The notes beneath the pieces were generated by a model that worked only from the letters and a program-made list of their open reading frames with translations, searched no databases and was not told where the DNA came from. A stretch of 64,000 bases of DNA from Glaucostegus cemiculus (Eukaryota), in assembly GCA_976551045.1 (NCBI GenBank), contig CDPCPM010000471.1:2108001-2172000 (forward strand), in the 5' to 3' direction. Positions 43,601-53,812 of the stretch are shown here, piece after piece (within the stretch, counting starts at the first letter, position 1; every line of letters begins with the position of its first letter). Made by a program: the position numbers and the translations under genes.

Positions 43601-46600
43601 TATGTATTATTGCTGAAATGTTGGAATGTAATCCTGATTCATATTTTCATCTTAGCAAGCATGTTATTGAAGCTGAAATGATCTATTCTGTAAGCTAAAG
43701 TGTAGTTACTCCATACCTTTCCTAGGAAGTGTTTCCGATAGATTTTGGCTATCGTGTTGCATTCCAGCTTGAGTTTGGAAGGAGGAGGTGAAACCTGCTC
43801 TGTCTCAGGAGAACTTGTGACATCATGGTTTGTCCCCTCGATCCAGTAGCCACCAAACTGAGGGAGGAGGATGATTGGATAAGGTGGCTCGCGCTGCAGG
43901 ACCTACCAGAAAGACAGATAGGCAGACAGAAACTACATGTAAAAAGAAACTCATCAAAAATCCCATCTGGGCCACACCATCTTCTCGCAGCTCCCATCAG
44001 GCAGGAGGTACAGAAGCCTGAAGCCCCACACCACCAGGTTCAGGAACAGCTACTTCCCTTCAGCCATTCAGTTCTTGAACCAATCGGCACAACCCTAATC
44101 ACTTCCTCAGTATAGCAACACTATGACCACTTTAATCACATTTCACTCAAATGGACTTCATTTGTTTTTGTTCTAATTATGTTCTTTCCTGTAAAAATTG
44201 TGTATAATTTATGTTTAATTTATGTTTTTCTTGTGAATGCTGCTTATCTGATGCTCTGTGCCTGTGATGCTGCTGCAAGTAAGTTTTTCATTGCACCTGT
44301 GCACACATGGACTTGGGCATGTGACAATAAACTCAATTTTGACTTTAAAATACAGAACTTGTGTGAAGGGTGTTCACTAGAGTTGTCTGCACATGAGCTT
44401 AGGTCTACTGTTTACATTAAAGTTGTGCTACAAGTGTAAATGAAGTGATATTAATGAGATTGAGAGAACAGAAATTTTCTCTGTGGACTTGAGGTGTGGG
44501 GTCTGGGGGAGGGGGGTGGGGATGGACAGACGCATTTTTTCCCCACAGAGTACCTTATGACTTTTCATCCTATGCCCCCAAAGCAAGAAGGGCAACAGCT
44601 GCTTTTAGCTGCTTCTTCAGACAACTCTGGTCTCAAGACATGCTTCCAATGGAGGACTGGGTAAATCATTACCATGGACAAACCAGGCATTGATGAGAAG
44701 ACACTTCAAAAACAATAAAACTGGCTTCGGAAATACAAAGCAAACAGCCAGGATGGTACTTTAAGCGACTACTCATGTACAGTGGATTATGAATTTCCAT
44801 CGAGTCAGCATTTCTGAAACCTCAGCATTGTATTAATGTCTGCACAGATCACATAACATGGAGACAATGCTGAGGTTATAATGACAGATACAAGTAATTC
44901 AGTGTGTTTCTTAGAATCCCCTTTGAGCAGTTTGTTTTATATATAAAAAAAAGCTGGCATTAAAACTAATTTTAATAGTTCAAGTGCTTGAGCAAAAATT
45001 GAAGGTTTCAGGAAACTTCCATCAGGGAAATTGGCGTCCGCTGGTTTTGTGGCCACTCACCTAACTCCAGTCCAAGATATCTTAGAATTCATCTGCTGTT
45101 TTTCATCTTATGGAATCAGTCTGTGTTGTGGTGGGCTTTGCTGTTCACTGCCTATAACCTTTGATATTACCTTTTTAAAATTGTTCAAGAGATTGTTAGA
45201 CAGGCACATGGAAGAATGTGGAATAGTGGGATATGTGGGAGGTAAGAGTTAGATTGTGAGACGTTTGAAGGACGGCACAACTTGGTGGGCCGAAGGGCCT
45301 GTTTTGTGCTGTATTGTTCTATGGTTCTATGATTAAAATGCACTAGTAAAAGAATTTATAGAATATACTTAAATAATATTTGGTGGAACATAACTACTAT
45401 TTTACAAAGATTTTCTTTCAAACTTCACCTTCAATTCTTTCAGCAATTCTTTTAAATCTGTATCCTTGTTGACACCTTGCTACTGAGTGGTTACAAACGC
45501 AAAGGACTTTATTGTAATCTTGGTCAGGAACCTTTGCAGCTTCAACACAGAAAGCTTCAAACTTCAAGCCAACTCGCTTGTAACTTCTTAATCTTGGTGG
45601 CACCTGAGTGAATCTATGCCACAGTGAAACTTAAATAAAAACCTTGAAGACCAAGAGCACTTCTGAGCACATTTCCTCATCCTCTGTTACAGACAGGTTC
45701 TCTCAAACTTTAGAAAATCCTCAAAGTCCTGATTACTATCTAGGAAGTGTAGAACATATTGATAGAAGATTTATAGAAGCCAGATTCACTTCAAGTTTCA
45801 GAATTGAGGTTCTCTTATCCTGACTGGTGGTGCACAGGTATTTAGTATGCGGCTGGCCAGTATTTGATGTCAGAGCCAACCAGAGAGCAGGGAATGTCCT
45901 AGGTCTTATCTGGTCTGCAGAAATGTTTAAAGCCTTTGTGGTTATTGGCAGTGGAAGGAAGCTGGATATGCAAATAAGGCCTCAAACCAGAACTAATTTG
46001 TGACAAGAACAGCACTCGAATTTGGTTCCAGATGTTAAAGAAATGCTAGTTATCATTACCTCCAGGCATGAAATAAAATCTGAAGGGCGTACCTCATGAA
46101 CGCTGGGATAAGGAATATAATCTTCTTCTGTCTGTAAGAAAAGAGACAAGACCATTTTGTTACACGATCATTCCAGATTTGTGCACAATGCTTCAAGCGA
46201 TTTCTTTTAGTTTGGGTTTTGTGAAAGTAACAACAATGAAACTAACAGTTTCACCACACCATGACAGCCACATCTGGAACATGCACAAACTGCATTCATC
46301 AAGGAAGTCCGCAGACTGCTGTCAGTGATTCCCTCCACAGGGCACTGCTGTTTGCAGGCTTTGCCATCAATATCATTGTCCAACAAAATCCTTGGGGGTG
46401 GAAGCTATTTCTTGGTTGTTTGTGTGATGAACGTGTGATTAATACAAGTTCACCTCTGCTTCCGAACTTTAATTCTATTGATTCCAAATTTCAGAAGCAG
46501 AAGTTAACAAACATATATTACAGCACTATATTTTCAGTTTGTACAGAGCATCAGTTTCTATCCTCTGGCACTGATGAACTATTCTTACTTGAACATATAA

Positions 46601-49522
46601 ATTCTGAATGATATTAGAAGCTGCTGCATGAACTCCAGGTGAATTATTAATTGTCTAATTAATCATTCCTGCTTTGCAAATTGAAGAAATAATTCTGGTT
46701 ACTGGTCATCTCCCCTCTCATTCCTGATACAGGATTTTGACCCAAAATGTCAACAATTCCTCTCCCACCACAGATGCTGCTTGACCCGCTGAGTTCCTCC
46801 AGTAGATTGTGTGTTGCTCCAGATTCCAGCACCTGCAGTCTCTTGTGTCTCTCTTGAAGAAATAATTGTATGCAGAAATTGTTATTTTCTTGATATATTT
46901 TGTAATATTGAGTAGTTCACAACATTTTTTTTTGCTCTTTGGAGAAATTTATTTATGGCAGTTCAGTTGCTCTCTTGACTTTGATTGTGTGTTTAATTTA
47001 CACTTTGCCAATTTATAAAAAGTGAATGGGTAAGATTCTGAAAGATAGGAATTTTTTTTTGAGGAGCTGACTAGGAAACTTGATGCGGGTGGAGTGGTGG
47101 ACATGGTTTACATGGACTGTAGTAAGGCTTTTGATAAAGTTCCACATGGTAGGCTGGTCCAGAAGGTTAAGGCACAAGGGATCTGCGGTGTGCTGGCAAA
47201 CTGGATGCAAAATTAGCTTGGTGACAGGAGGCAGAGGGTGCTGGCGTTTTTGATGCTCCCTTTATGGGAAGAAGGTTCTGAGTACTCAAAGGTTTTATGG
47301 GCGGCACGATAGCGCAGCGGTTAGCGTGATGCTGTTACAGCGCCAGCGATCGGGGTTCGATTCCCGTCGCTGTCTGTAAGGAGTTTGTACGTTCTCCCCC
47401 TGTCTGCGTGGGTTTCCTCCGGGTGCTCCGGTTTCCTCCCACATTCTAAAAGACATACGGGTAGGTGAATTCGGGGGTTTAAAACAGGCAGCGCAGACTC
47501 GTCGGACTGAAAGGGCCTGTTACCACGCCGTAAATAAAATTTAAAAAAATATAAATAAATAAACCTCTATCAGGCCACCTCCCAGCCTCCTTTTGTAGGA
47601 TTAGTGTGAAATGGGTGTTTGATGGTTAGCACAGACTCAGCGGGCTGAAGGGTCTGTTCCCGTGCTGCATGGCTCTGTGATATTGGAAATATGATCACAT
47701 TACCATCACATATCATGGATCAGCATGATCACATGAATGGTAGAACTGGCCAGAGGGCTGAATGGCCTCCTTCTGCTCCATTCTCCTCTGGACCTACCAG
47801 TGGCTCAAGGTTCAAGCCAATACACTTGCTCTCTGAAGCAGACAAACAAGTCACACAGTCGATGAGGGCAGCAGCTAATGGGAGATACATTGGTCACCAA
47901 GCACACAATCCAGGGATGAATTAAAAAGCCAGAGTTGCTGGATAATTACTTCCATTTCTTTCTGAAGGAGTCTTCCTGTCTCACATGGTTTCCCTGTCTG
48001 CAGGTCGATGAGTAGCTTTGACCCAGCGTCACTTTGTATCTGCGTGGGAGGAGGAATATTGGGCCTCCTCTGAGCCGAAGCAGCTACCTTTAATTACCAA
48101 GGTCCCTAAGCCAAGGCAGCCCTCCCATTCACAGCTGCTTTGTCTGAGGCCCTGAAGCTTGAGGACGCACTGCCCAGTCTTAACCCAACCGCCTCGTCAC
48201 TGAACACTCTGCCGTTATCATGTGAAGTGTTTGAGCAGAAACGCCGGTGGACAGCACGTACTTTAAGAGGTGGTGGAAGAGGGCATCTCTGTTCATCCAT
48301 TCTGCATCCCTGGGTGGTAACGTCACACGCGCAGAAAGAGAGGAAAAGAAATAATATTGCATCAATGATGTATAAGTACCATAGCAACCAATCAGTAAGC
48401 AAATCTCTTCCTAGTCAAATCTATGCTTTGCATTGGTGATCAGCAATGGCTACGGCAGACACAAAAGGATTGTTTTACATCATGGGAACAATGGGTGAAG
48501 TGTGTGGCACACACAACACAGCAGGATGGAGATATTCTTGGAGGCTCTACTGAGGGCAAACTAACAGGGCATCAGGTTCAGACTAGTCCAGTATCAGGGG
48601 GTCCCAGAGACTGTTGTCTGTCAGCAGCAAGTTTGGTGCTGGAGGTGGGCTTGGGGTGGGGACAATGCAGGAATACTCTCTCAGCCACTGACCGTTATCA
48701 CGAGGAACACTTCTGCTCCTTCTGAATCCACCAAGGTGGGTTCTGCATTCCACCTAATCCCATGCAGCTGATTTAGCTGCTTGTCATGTGTCTCCTATTT
48801 CACAGGGCACGTGCTGCCCTCTGTCCCAGATATCATATGGTTCCTCACTCTTCATCCCGTTAAACTTGAAATCTTCCTCCACTTCAATGCCTTCTATCTT
48901 ACTCTCCCTCTAACCTTCTTCACACCTCCAACCAAACCCCCAACTCACAACACCTCTACTTAACATTGAACAAACCCATGTAGTTTGGCACTAGATTCCC
49001 TCAACTTCCCTGCATCTTACTCTTTGGGCAGGGAGGTCCTTGTGTAGGTTACTCTCAATGCCCATTGTTTTCCAGCTGGAGACGGATGGTACCTGATCAG
49101 GATTCCAATGCTGCCCCATTAGAACGTGTCACTCTGCTTAACTCATCTGCCAGAATAAGATGTGTATTGTATTGTACCCAGATTGCAATGGTTTGTTTGC
49201 TGAGGCATTTCTGAGGCACCTTGGAGGAACCTTGAGCAGACTAGAAGCCGTGGAACAGATCAGTGATCAACTGTTCCTAACTCTGGCTTAAAAAGTGACA
49301 AATAGTAACATTCTGCTCTGAATATCACCAGGAGGTCGTGGGTAGCAGAGTGACCCAGAGCCTACAAAATCCAGCAGATTTAAAGTCCTGGACTTGTCCT
49401 CTGCCTGCATAATAATTCACACAAAGTTTTTAAAAGTCTATGTCATGTGCTTCAAAACAATTTTGAGATATTCTGTGGCAATGTACCTGCATCTTTTCAA
49501 TCATTTCAAAGAAGTCAGTGTT
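1588..49522 (-). CDS. RAP1GAP: Rap1 GTPase-activating protein 1, multi-exon gene span (17 coding exons in window; 3' end beyond left edge, 5' exon(s) uncertain)
   Basis: Manually spliced exons give [20 protein letters not shown]...GGYWIEG...FKFGVIYQ...FHVSTKLP...KRHIGND...[11 protein letters not shown]...[14 protein letters not shown]. This is colinear with recalled human RAP1GAP rather than RAP1GAP2. All introns are GT-AG with consistent phases. Confidence 0.97.
2270..3230 (-). mobile_element. Old CR1-clade LINE 3' fragment
   Basis: VRPHLE...[24 protein letters not shown] (CR1 ORF2 C-terminus); boundaries approximate. Confidence 0.8.
5881..5958 (-). CDS. RAP1GAP: RAP1GAP probable cassette exon, [26 protein letters not shown]
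   Basis: cctttcccttag|TCA...GAG|gtttat (weak donor); 78 nt, phase 0-0; resembles the recalled alternatively spliced SLLIPGKS..RRGSA.GIG segment of mammalian Rap1gap. Confidence 0.9.
8560..9846 (+). mobile_element. CR1 (HER1-like) LINE fragment with internal deletion and a nested CR1 tail (about 8756-8990)
   Basis: [35 protein letters not shown]1 3' tail; host KILR|DR interrupted by a second tail. Confidence 0.85.
10418..11125 (-). mobile_element. Penelope-like element 3' fragment (GIY-YIG C-terminus plus pseudo-LTR)
   Basis: Minus strand reads [22 protein letters not shown], typical of the PLE endonuclease end, followed by a pyrimidine-rich tract and the CAGATGCTG..GAGTT..CCAGCATCTG terminal module. 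Confidence 0.75.
11774..12552 (-). mobile_element. CR1 (HER1-like) LINE 3' fragment
   Basis: [30 protein letters not shown]; [19 protein letters not shown]; (CTCTATGA) tail. Confidence 0.9.
13065..13196 (-). CDS. RAP1GAP: RAP1GAP exon, [31 protein letters not shown]...KAPGI
   Basis: ttattcag|CGG...ATT|gtaagt; 132 nt, phase 0-0. Confidence 0.96.
13296..14190 (-). mobile_element. CR1 (HER1-like) LINE 3' fragment
   Basis: [24 protein letters not shown]; same family as 11774-12552. Confidence 0.9.
15260..15592 (-). mobile_element. V-SINE (HE1-like), older copy
   Basis: GTGTGGAGTTTGCACATTCTCCC...TTTCCTCCCACA V-domain core; similar copies near 24455-24803, 25993-26335, 52700-52897 and 62005-62286. 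Confidence 0.75.
16200..16760 (-). mobile_element. Old L2/CR1-superfamily LINE fragment
   Basis: [27 protein letters not shown]-terminal motif; boundaries approximate. Confidence 0.6.
17423..17678 (+). mobile_element. Young tRNA-derived V-SINE
   Basis: A box TAGCGTAGTGG, B box GGTTCAATTCC, V core, CR1-like tail, A-rich end; close copies at 36817-37095 and 47299-47563. Confidence 0.88.
22504..22644 (-). CDS. RAP1GAP: RAP1GAP exon, [24 protein letters not shown]...[10 protein letters not shown]
   Basis: gacaaag|GAG...AAG|gtaaca; 141 nt; AAG-type acceptor. Confidence 0.95.
22855..23185 (+). mobile_element. Rex/Babar-like LINE 3' fragment
   Basis: [26 protein letters not shown] plus ..GTACACATGACAATAATAAA tail; a second subfamily follows at about 23345-23655. 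Confidence 0.75.
23860..24190 (+). mobile_element. SacSINE1-like Deu-domain SINE (ancient)
   Basis: Colinear similarity to the recalled Deu-SINE core (ACTTGAG...GTTAAA.C.GAGGCCCC...GGGAGCTTG.TGTGCACAA.TT.GCTG); other copies near 35735-36200 (-) and 50130-50310 (+). Confidence 0.6.
25626..25712 (-). CDS. RAP1GAP: RAP1GAP exon, [29 protein letters not shown]
   Basis: tttgccag|GGT...GAG|gtaaga; 87 nt. Confidence 0.97.
27178..27249 (-). CDS. RAP1GAP: RAP1GAP exon, [24 protein letters not shown]
   Basis: tgccag|GTC...AAG|gtaatt; 72 nt. Confidence 0.96.
28594..28749 (-). CDS. RAP1GAP: RAP1GAP catalytic exon, [17 protein letters not shown]...SDNTLYK (Asn thumb intact)
   Basis: gttcag|CTT...AAG|gtaagt; 156 nt; KRHIGND catalytic helix of the RapGAP family. 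Confidence 0.98.
30128..30257 (-). CDS. RAP1GAP: RAP1GAP exon, [43 protein letters not shown]
   Basis: ctgtag|A TTT...CAG|gtaagt; 130 nt, phase 2-0; also visible in ORF 30050..30268. Confidence 0.97.
31045..31400 (+). mobile_element. Rex/Babar-like LINE 3' fragment
   Basis: [21 protein letters not shown] motif and family tail. Confidence 0.78.
31620..31848. repeat. Penelope-derived fold-back (inverted-repeat) miniature element
   Basis: Arms CTGCTG.AGGAACTCA...TCGAGCA versus TGCTCGACCTGCTGAGTTCCTCCA; related copies at 42993-43094, 43285-43500, 46720-46852 and 50868-51060. Confidence 0.7.
32895..33290 (-). mobile_element. Rex/Babar-like LINE 3' fragment
   Basis: Reverse copy of the family at 31045-31400. 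Confidence 0.75.
33774..33874 (-). CDS. RAP1GAP: RAP1GAP exon, [34 protein letters not shown]
   Basis: taacag|ACC...AAAGG|gtgagt; 101 nt, phase 0-2. Confidence 0.96.
36817..37095 (-). mobile_element. Young tRNA-derived V-SINE
   Basis: Reverse-complement copy of 17423-17678. Confidence 0.88.
37869..37952 (-). CDS. RAP1GAP: RAP1GAP exon, [28 protein letters not shown] (start of RapGAP domain)
   Basis: tctttcag|GCC...CAG|gtaagt; 84 nt. Confidence 0.96.
38146..38199 (-). CDS. RAP1GAP: RAP1GAP exon, [18 protein letters not shown]
   Basis: tttccag|CTT...AAG|gtagga; 54 nt. Confidence 0.96.
38305..39520 (-). mobile_element. CR1 LINE RT/3' fragment with nested Rex/Babar fragment (about 38403-38636, +)
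   Basis: ORF 38857..39498 [11 protein letters not shown]...FNPDKCEV...LVRPH (CR1 RT); tail interrupted by an [21 protein letters not shown] segment. Confidence 0.9.
40317..40460. other. Assembly gap (144 N)
   Basis: N run; no RAP1GAP coding exon is missing across it. Confidence 1.
40859..40937 (-). CDS. RAP1GAP: RAP1GAP exon, [26 protein letters not shown]
   Basis: ctctgtag|A ACC...AAG|gtgggt; 79 nt, phase 2-0. Confidence 0.96.
42085..42418 (+). mobile_element. CR1 LINE 3' tail
   Basis: RGHNFKV...[22 protein letters not shown] plus (TGTTCTA)n end. Confidence 0.85.
42559..42662 (-). CDS. RAP1GAP: RAP1GAP exon, [35 protein letters not shown]
   Basis: ttcctcag|GAA...TTAAG|gtaggt; 104 nt, phase 0-2. 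Confidence 0.96.
43285..43500. repeat. Penelope-derived fold-back element
   Basis: Imperfect inverted arms around GACGTTTGGGCTCGAGATCTTCATCAG. Confidence 0.75.
43717..43902 (-). CDS. RAP1GAP: RAP1GAP exon, [23 protein letters not shown]...IYRKHFLGK
   Basis: tag|GTC...AAG|gtatgg; 186 nt, phase 0-0. Confidence 0.96.
43975..44345 (+). mobile_element. Rex/Babar-like LINE 3' fragment (second subfamily)
   Basis: [31 protein letters not shown]; same family as 23345-23655. Confidence 0.78.
46093..46131 (-). CDS. RAP1GAP: RAP1GAP exon, [13 protein letters not shown]
   Basis: ttcttacag|ACAGAA...CATGAG|gtacgc; 39 nt; matches the recalled human peptide. Confidence 0.95.
47299..47563 (+). mobile_element. 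Young tRNA-derived V-SINE
   Basis: A and B boxes, V core, CR1-like tail, (TAAA)n end. Confidence 0.88.
48262..48309 (-). CDS. RAP1GAP: RAP1GAP exon, [16 protein letters not shown] (second half of GoLoco)
   Basis: cacccag|GGATGC...CTTAAA|gtacgt; 48 nt, phase 0-0. Confidence 0.94.
49487..49522 (-). CDS. RAP1GAP: RAP1GAP exon, [12 protein letters not shown] (first half of GoLoco motif; contains the MIEKMQ short-isoform start)
   Basis: tctttcag|AACACT...ATGCAG|gtacat; 36 nt, phase 0-0. Confidence 0.93.
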
Positions 49523-49664
49523 CTGAAAGAGAAACAGAAAGAGGTGGTCAGTTTCAGGGGAAGTAAAACCACAGTAGAGAGTTTGCACTGGAGGGAGCAT
49601 TTGTGAGGTTGGAACAGGAAACTGGGAGCAATGCACAATTCTACAACTGATGATAGGAGAGGGT

Positions 49665-50112
49665 GAATCAGAATCAGAATCAGTTTTATTGTCACAACCA
49701 TATACATACATAGTATGCATAGGAGCTAAATACCGTCCTCCTCAAGTGCTCGTCCCATTGAATAACAAACAGCAGAGACACACAGACACACTGAACAAAA
49801 AAAACCATTAAAAACTACGGAAGTTTAAATTAAATTAAATAGGCAGGTTAAATTAAATATGGCCGGTAATTAAATAAATAGTTATGGCTTGCGGAAAGAA
49901 GCTATTTCTCAGCCTGGTCGTTCTCGCCCCGATACATTTGAGCCTCCTCCCAGATGGCAAAATTGTAAAGCGATGATGGGAGGGGTGAGAAGGATCCGCC
50001 ATTATATTTTTGGTCTTCCTGACACAACGGTCCTTGTATATGTCTGCGATGGATGGAAGAGAGACACCTATGATCCTCTCCGCAGCCCTAACTATCCTCT
50101 GGAGGGACTTTC
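49665..50112 (-). mobile_element. Rex/Babar-like LINE 3' fragment (third subfamily)
   Basis: LPSGRRLKCIGARTTRLRNSFFPQA; (TTCTGA)n tail. Confidence 0.72.
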
Positions 50113-50867
50113 ATAACTGAGGGATTTATCAAACCCACACCTCAGACTTGAGCACAACATCTTAGGCTGTTAGTCCAGTAAAACTGAGGTGTAAAACTGA
50201 GCCCTCTCTCCCAGGATGTAATAATTTCACAGCATATTGAAGAAGATCAGAATCCTGGTCAATATTTATCCCTCAGTCACCAGCATAGAAACCAGAGTAC
50301 TTGATCATTATGGAATGCTGACACAAGAGACTGAAGATGAGGAATCTGAAGCAAAAAAAGAACCAATGGAGGAACTCAGCGGGTCAATCAGTGTCAACAT
50401 GGTCTACATCAATGGTGCTGATGTCAAGAGGGTTGAGATGTTAGTCAGGCAGCAAAAGAGAGACCACAGTTATCCTCAGTATCCTGGGGCTTGCAAAGGG
50501 ATTACTGAGAACTTGCTCTCCTGTCTACAGATCCCATGGTGCCTACAGTCTTGGTGGAATCAGCTTAATCAGAGAATCATGGAAAATTTCTATCACAGAA
50601 GGAGACCATTCAGCCCATCATGTCCTTACCAGTTGAAATAGATCCACCCAGCCTAATCCTACCTCTCTTCTCTGGGACTGTAGCCTTCAAGTCCTGTCTA
50701 ACAGCAGTGAGGGTCTCTGCCTCCACCATCCCTTCAGGCAGTGTGTTCACACCCCACTACCTTCTGGGGGAAACATTTTGCCTCTTCTCCTTCTTTACTT
50801 TAAATCCATACCCCTGATACGATCCCCTCTGTTCGGGGATATCGACCCTTCCAATGTACTCAAGACA

Positions 50868-51060
50868 GAAGAGACTGCAGATGCTGGAATCTGGAGCAAC
50901 AAACAATCTGCTGGAGGAACTCAGCGGGTCGAGCAGCATCCATGGGGGGAGAGGAATTGTCAGTCCTGATGCAGAGTTTCGGCCTGAAATCTTGACAATT
51001 CCTTCTCCCTCCACAGATGCTGCTCAACCTGCTGAGTTCCTCCAGCAGATTGTTTGTTGC
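50868..51060. repeat. Penelope-derived fold-back element (arms of about 67 bp)
   Basis: 50896-50962 is reverse-complementary to 50993-51060 with a few mismatches. Confidence 0.8.
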
Positions 51061-51099
51061 CTCCTATTTACTTCAGTGAAGCCTCTCATAATCTTATAG

Positions 51100-51403
51100 A
51101 CCAGTGTAACGGTTAGCCTAACGTTATTACATCACCAGTGACCTGGGTTCAATTCCGGCCACTGTCTGTAAGGAGTTTGTACGTTCTCCCCGTGTCTGCG
51201 TGGGTTTCCTCCGGGTGCCCTGGTTTCCTCCCACATTCCAAAGATGTACTGGTTAGGAAGTTGTGGACATGCTATGTTGGCGCTGGAAGTGTGGCAACAC
51301 TTGCGGGCTGCCCCCAGAACACTCTATGCAAGAGATGCATTTCACTGTGTATTTACATGTACATGTGACTAATAAAGAAATCTAATCTAATCTAATCTAA
51401 TCT
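51100..51403 (+). mobile_element. V-SINE with alternative (non-CR1) tail
   Basis: tRNA head and V core, then a GCTATGTTGG...TTTCACTGTG...GTACATGTGACTAATAAAG(AATCT)n tail; reverse copy at 61130-61415. Confidence 0.8.
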
Positions 51404-51567
51404 TCATTTGATCCACCATCAGCTGTCTCTGTTCCAAACAAAGACCCCAGATTATCCAATCTTTCCTCATAGCTACAATTCTCCAATCCAGGCAACCCTC
51501 CAGTATAGCTCCTCTGGTGTAACTGCAACTTTCCTGTAACATGGTGATCAGAACTAGATTCAACCTG

Positions 51568-52205
51568 AGAGCATGTACCACCAGGCTCAAGGACGGCTTC
51601 TATCCCACTGTTGTCAGGCTCTTGAACAGATTTCTGACATGCTAAAAGGTGAATTATTGACCTCCCAATCTACCTTGTTGTGGCCCTCGCACTTTATTTG
51701 TTTGCCTGCAGTGCACTTTTTCTGTTCTGTGAAGAGCATAGACAGGGTGAATGCACACAGTCTTTTCCCCAGGGTTGGGGAATCAAGAATGAGAGGGTGC
51801 AGGTTTAAAATGAGAGGGGAGAGATTTAATAGGAACCTGAGGGGCAACTTTTTCACCCAGAGGGTGGTCCGTATGTGGAACGAGTTGCCAGAGGAAGTTG
51901 TTAAGGTAGGGACATCAACAACATTTAAAAGGTACTTGGACAAGTACATGGATTGGAACAGTTTAGAGGGATACGGGTCAAGTGCTGGCAAATAGGACTG
52001 GCTTAGATTGGAATCTTGCTCGGCATGAACCAGTTGGGCCTGTTTCTGTGATGTATGACTCTACAGCTCTAACTACAACACTATACTCTGCATTCTGTTT
52101 CTCTTTTTACTGCCTTAATGTCCTTATCAATGGAATGATCTGTCTGGATGGCATGCAGACAGAAGTCTTTCACTTTATCTCAGTACATGTGACAACAGTA
52201 AACCA
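51568..52205 (+). mobile_element. Rex/Babar 3' fragment interrupted by a CR1 tail (about 51731-52062)
   Basis: Rex 3' UTR resumes after the CR1 segment [18 protein letters not shown]. Confidence 0.82.
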
Positions 52206-52897
52206 GTCCAGACACCAATGCTCAGGTCATTGGGTTGTGGGGATTCCCACTTCGATTCCATTGACTTCTTGGGCTGCAGAACCGAGGGTAGTGGGTTTGT
52301 CTGAAGCCAGGTGCGAGGGACGTCAGTGAGAAGAGAAAGATTAGAGGAACAAGAAGACAGATAACACAGCTGGTTCTGCTATGTGCCCTGGAGAGATGGT
52401 TTCACTGTGTTCTCCGAGCTGACATAATCCTCCATCCTTTGTCCTATTCTCCTTTTTCCCCTGTGGGACTGAACAGGTTTCCCTCGTTGTATAATCTGAG
52501 TCTATACAGTCAATGAAGATTGAACTTCCCATTTGCTTTCATGGAACAGTGGGCCAAGCCTGCAGGGAATAGCCAATGACCCGAGAGGCTAGCTCAAATT
52601 TCCCTTTTAAGCAATGCCTCCAAAAATATTAGAACCTCCTTTTTTTCCCAGCACTTCCCAATACCAGCTGTAGTACTGGTGTTCCCACTTTGGGATGGCA
52701 CAGAGGCAGGGCTAGTAGTCATGGCCTTGCGGTGCCAGAAACTGGGGTTCAATCCTGACCTGCGTGGAGTTTGCACGTTTCCCTGTGACCGTCCGGGTGC
52801 TCCAGTTTCCTCCCATGTCCCAGTGACGTGCGGGTTGGTGGGTTAATTAGGATTAATAGAGCTGGTGCATTGTGGTTGGTCGAAGGGACTGTTCAAA

Positions 52898-53812
52898 GAG
52901 TCATAGAGTGATGGAGTCACGCAGCACAGGAACAGGCCCTTCGGCCCAACTGGTCCGTGGCGACCGAGATGCCCCATCCAGGCTGGTCCAATTTGCCAGC
53001 GTTCGACCCGTAACCTTCTCAACCTTTCCAATCGATGTACCTGTCCAACTGTCTTTTAAAAGTTGTTATTGTACCTGCCTTAGCCACTTCCTCTGGCAGC
53101 TCATTCCACATAGATACCACACTCTGCATAAAAAAGTTGCCCCTCATGCTCCTCCTAAATCTCTCCCCTCTCACCTTAAACCTATACCCTCTAGTTCTTG
53201 ATACCCCAACCCTGGGGTAAAGACTGAGTGCATTCACTCCGTCTGTGCCCCTCGTGATTTATACTCCTTTATAACATCACCTCTCAGTCTCCTACACTCT
53301 AAAGAAAAAAGTCCTAGCCTATCCAACCTCTCGCTATATAACTCAGTCCTTCAAGTCCGGTCAGCATCCTTGTCAATCTTTTCTGCATTCTTTCCAGTTT
53401 AATAATGTCTTTCCTATAGCAGGGCAACCAAAACTGAACACAATACTTCAAGTGCGGCCTCACCAGCGTCCTGTGCAAGCGCACTATGACCTCCCAACTT
53501 TGATACTCAGTGCCCTGACTTATGAAGGCCAGTGTGCCAAAAGCCTTCTTCACCACCCTGTCTACCTGTGACTCCACTTTCAATGAACCATGTACTTGTG
53601 CTCCAAGGGTGCTCTGTTCTACAACACTTCCCAGGGCCCTACCGTTCACTGTGAAAGTCCTACCTGGACTTGACTTTCAAAAATGCAACACCTTGCACTT
53701 ATCCGAGTTAAACTCCGTTTGCCATTCCTCGGCCCACTTACTCAGCTGATCGAGATCCCCCCTGTAATTTTTGATAACTTTCTTCATTATCCACTATACT
53801 ACCTGTTTTAGG
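52898..53812 (-). mobile_element. CR1 LINE 3' fragment inserted in a V-SINE tail
   Basis: LVRPHLKYCVQFWLPCYRKDIIKLERMQKR; the SINE tail resumes at about 53813. Confidence 0.9.

Noticed and set aside
52341-52532. MGSS-starting 63-aa ORF as another first exon
   Set aside because: No convincing in-frame donor before its stop codon.
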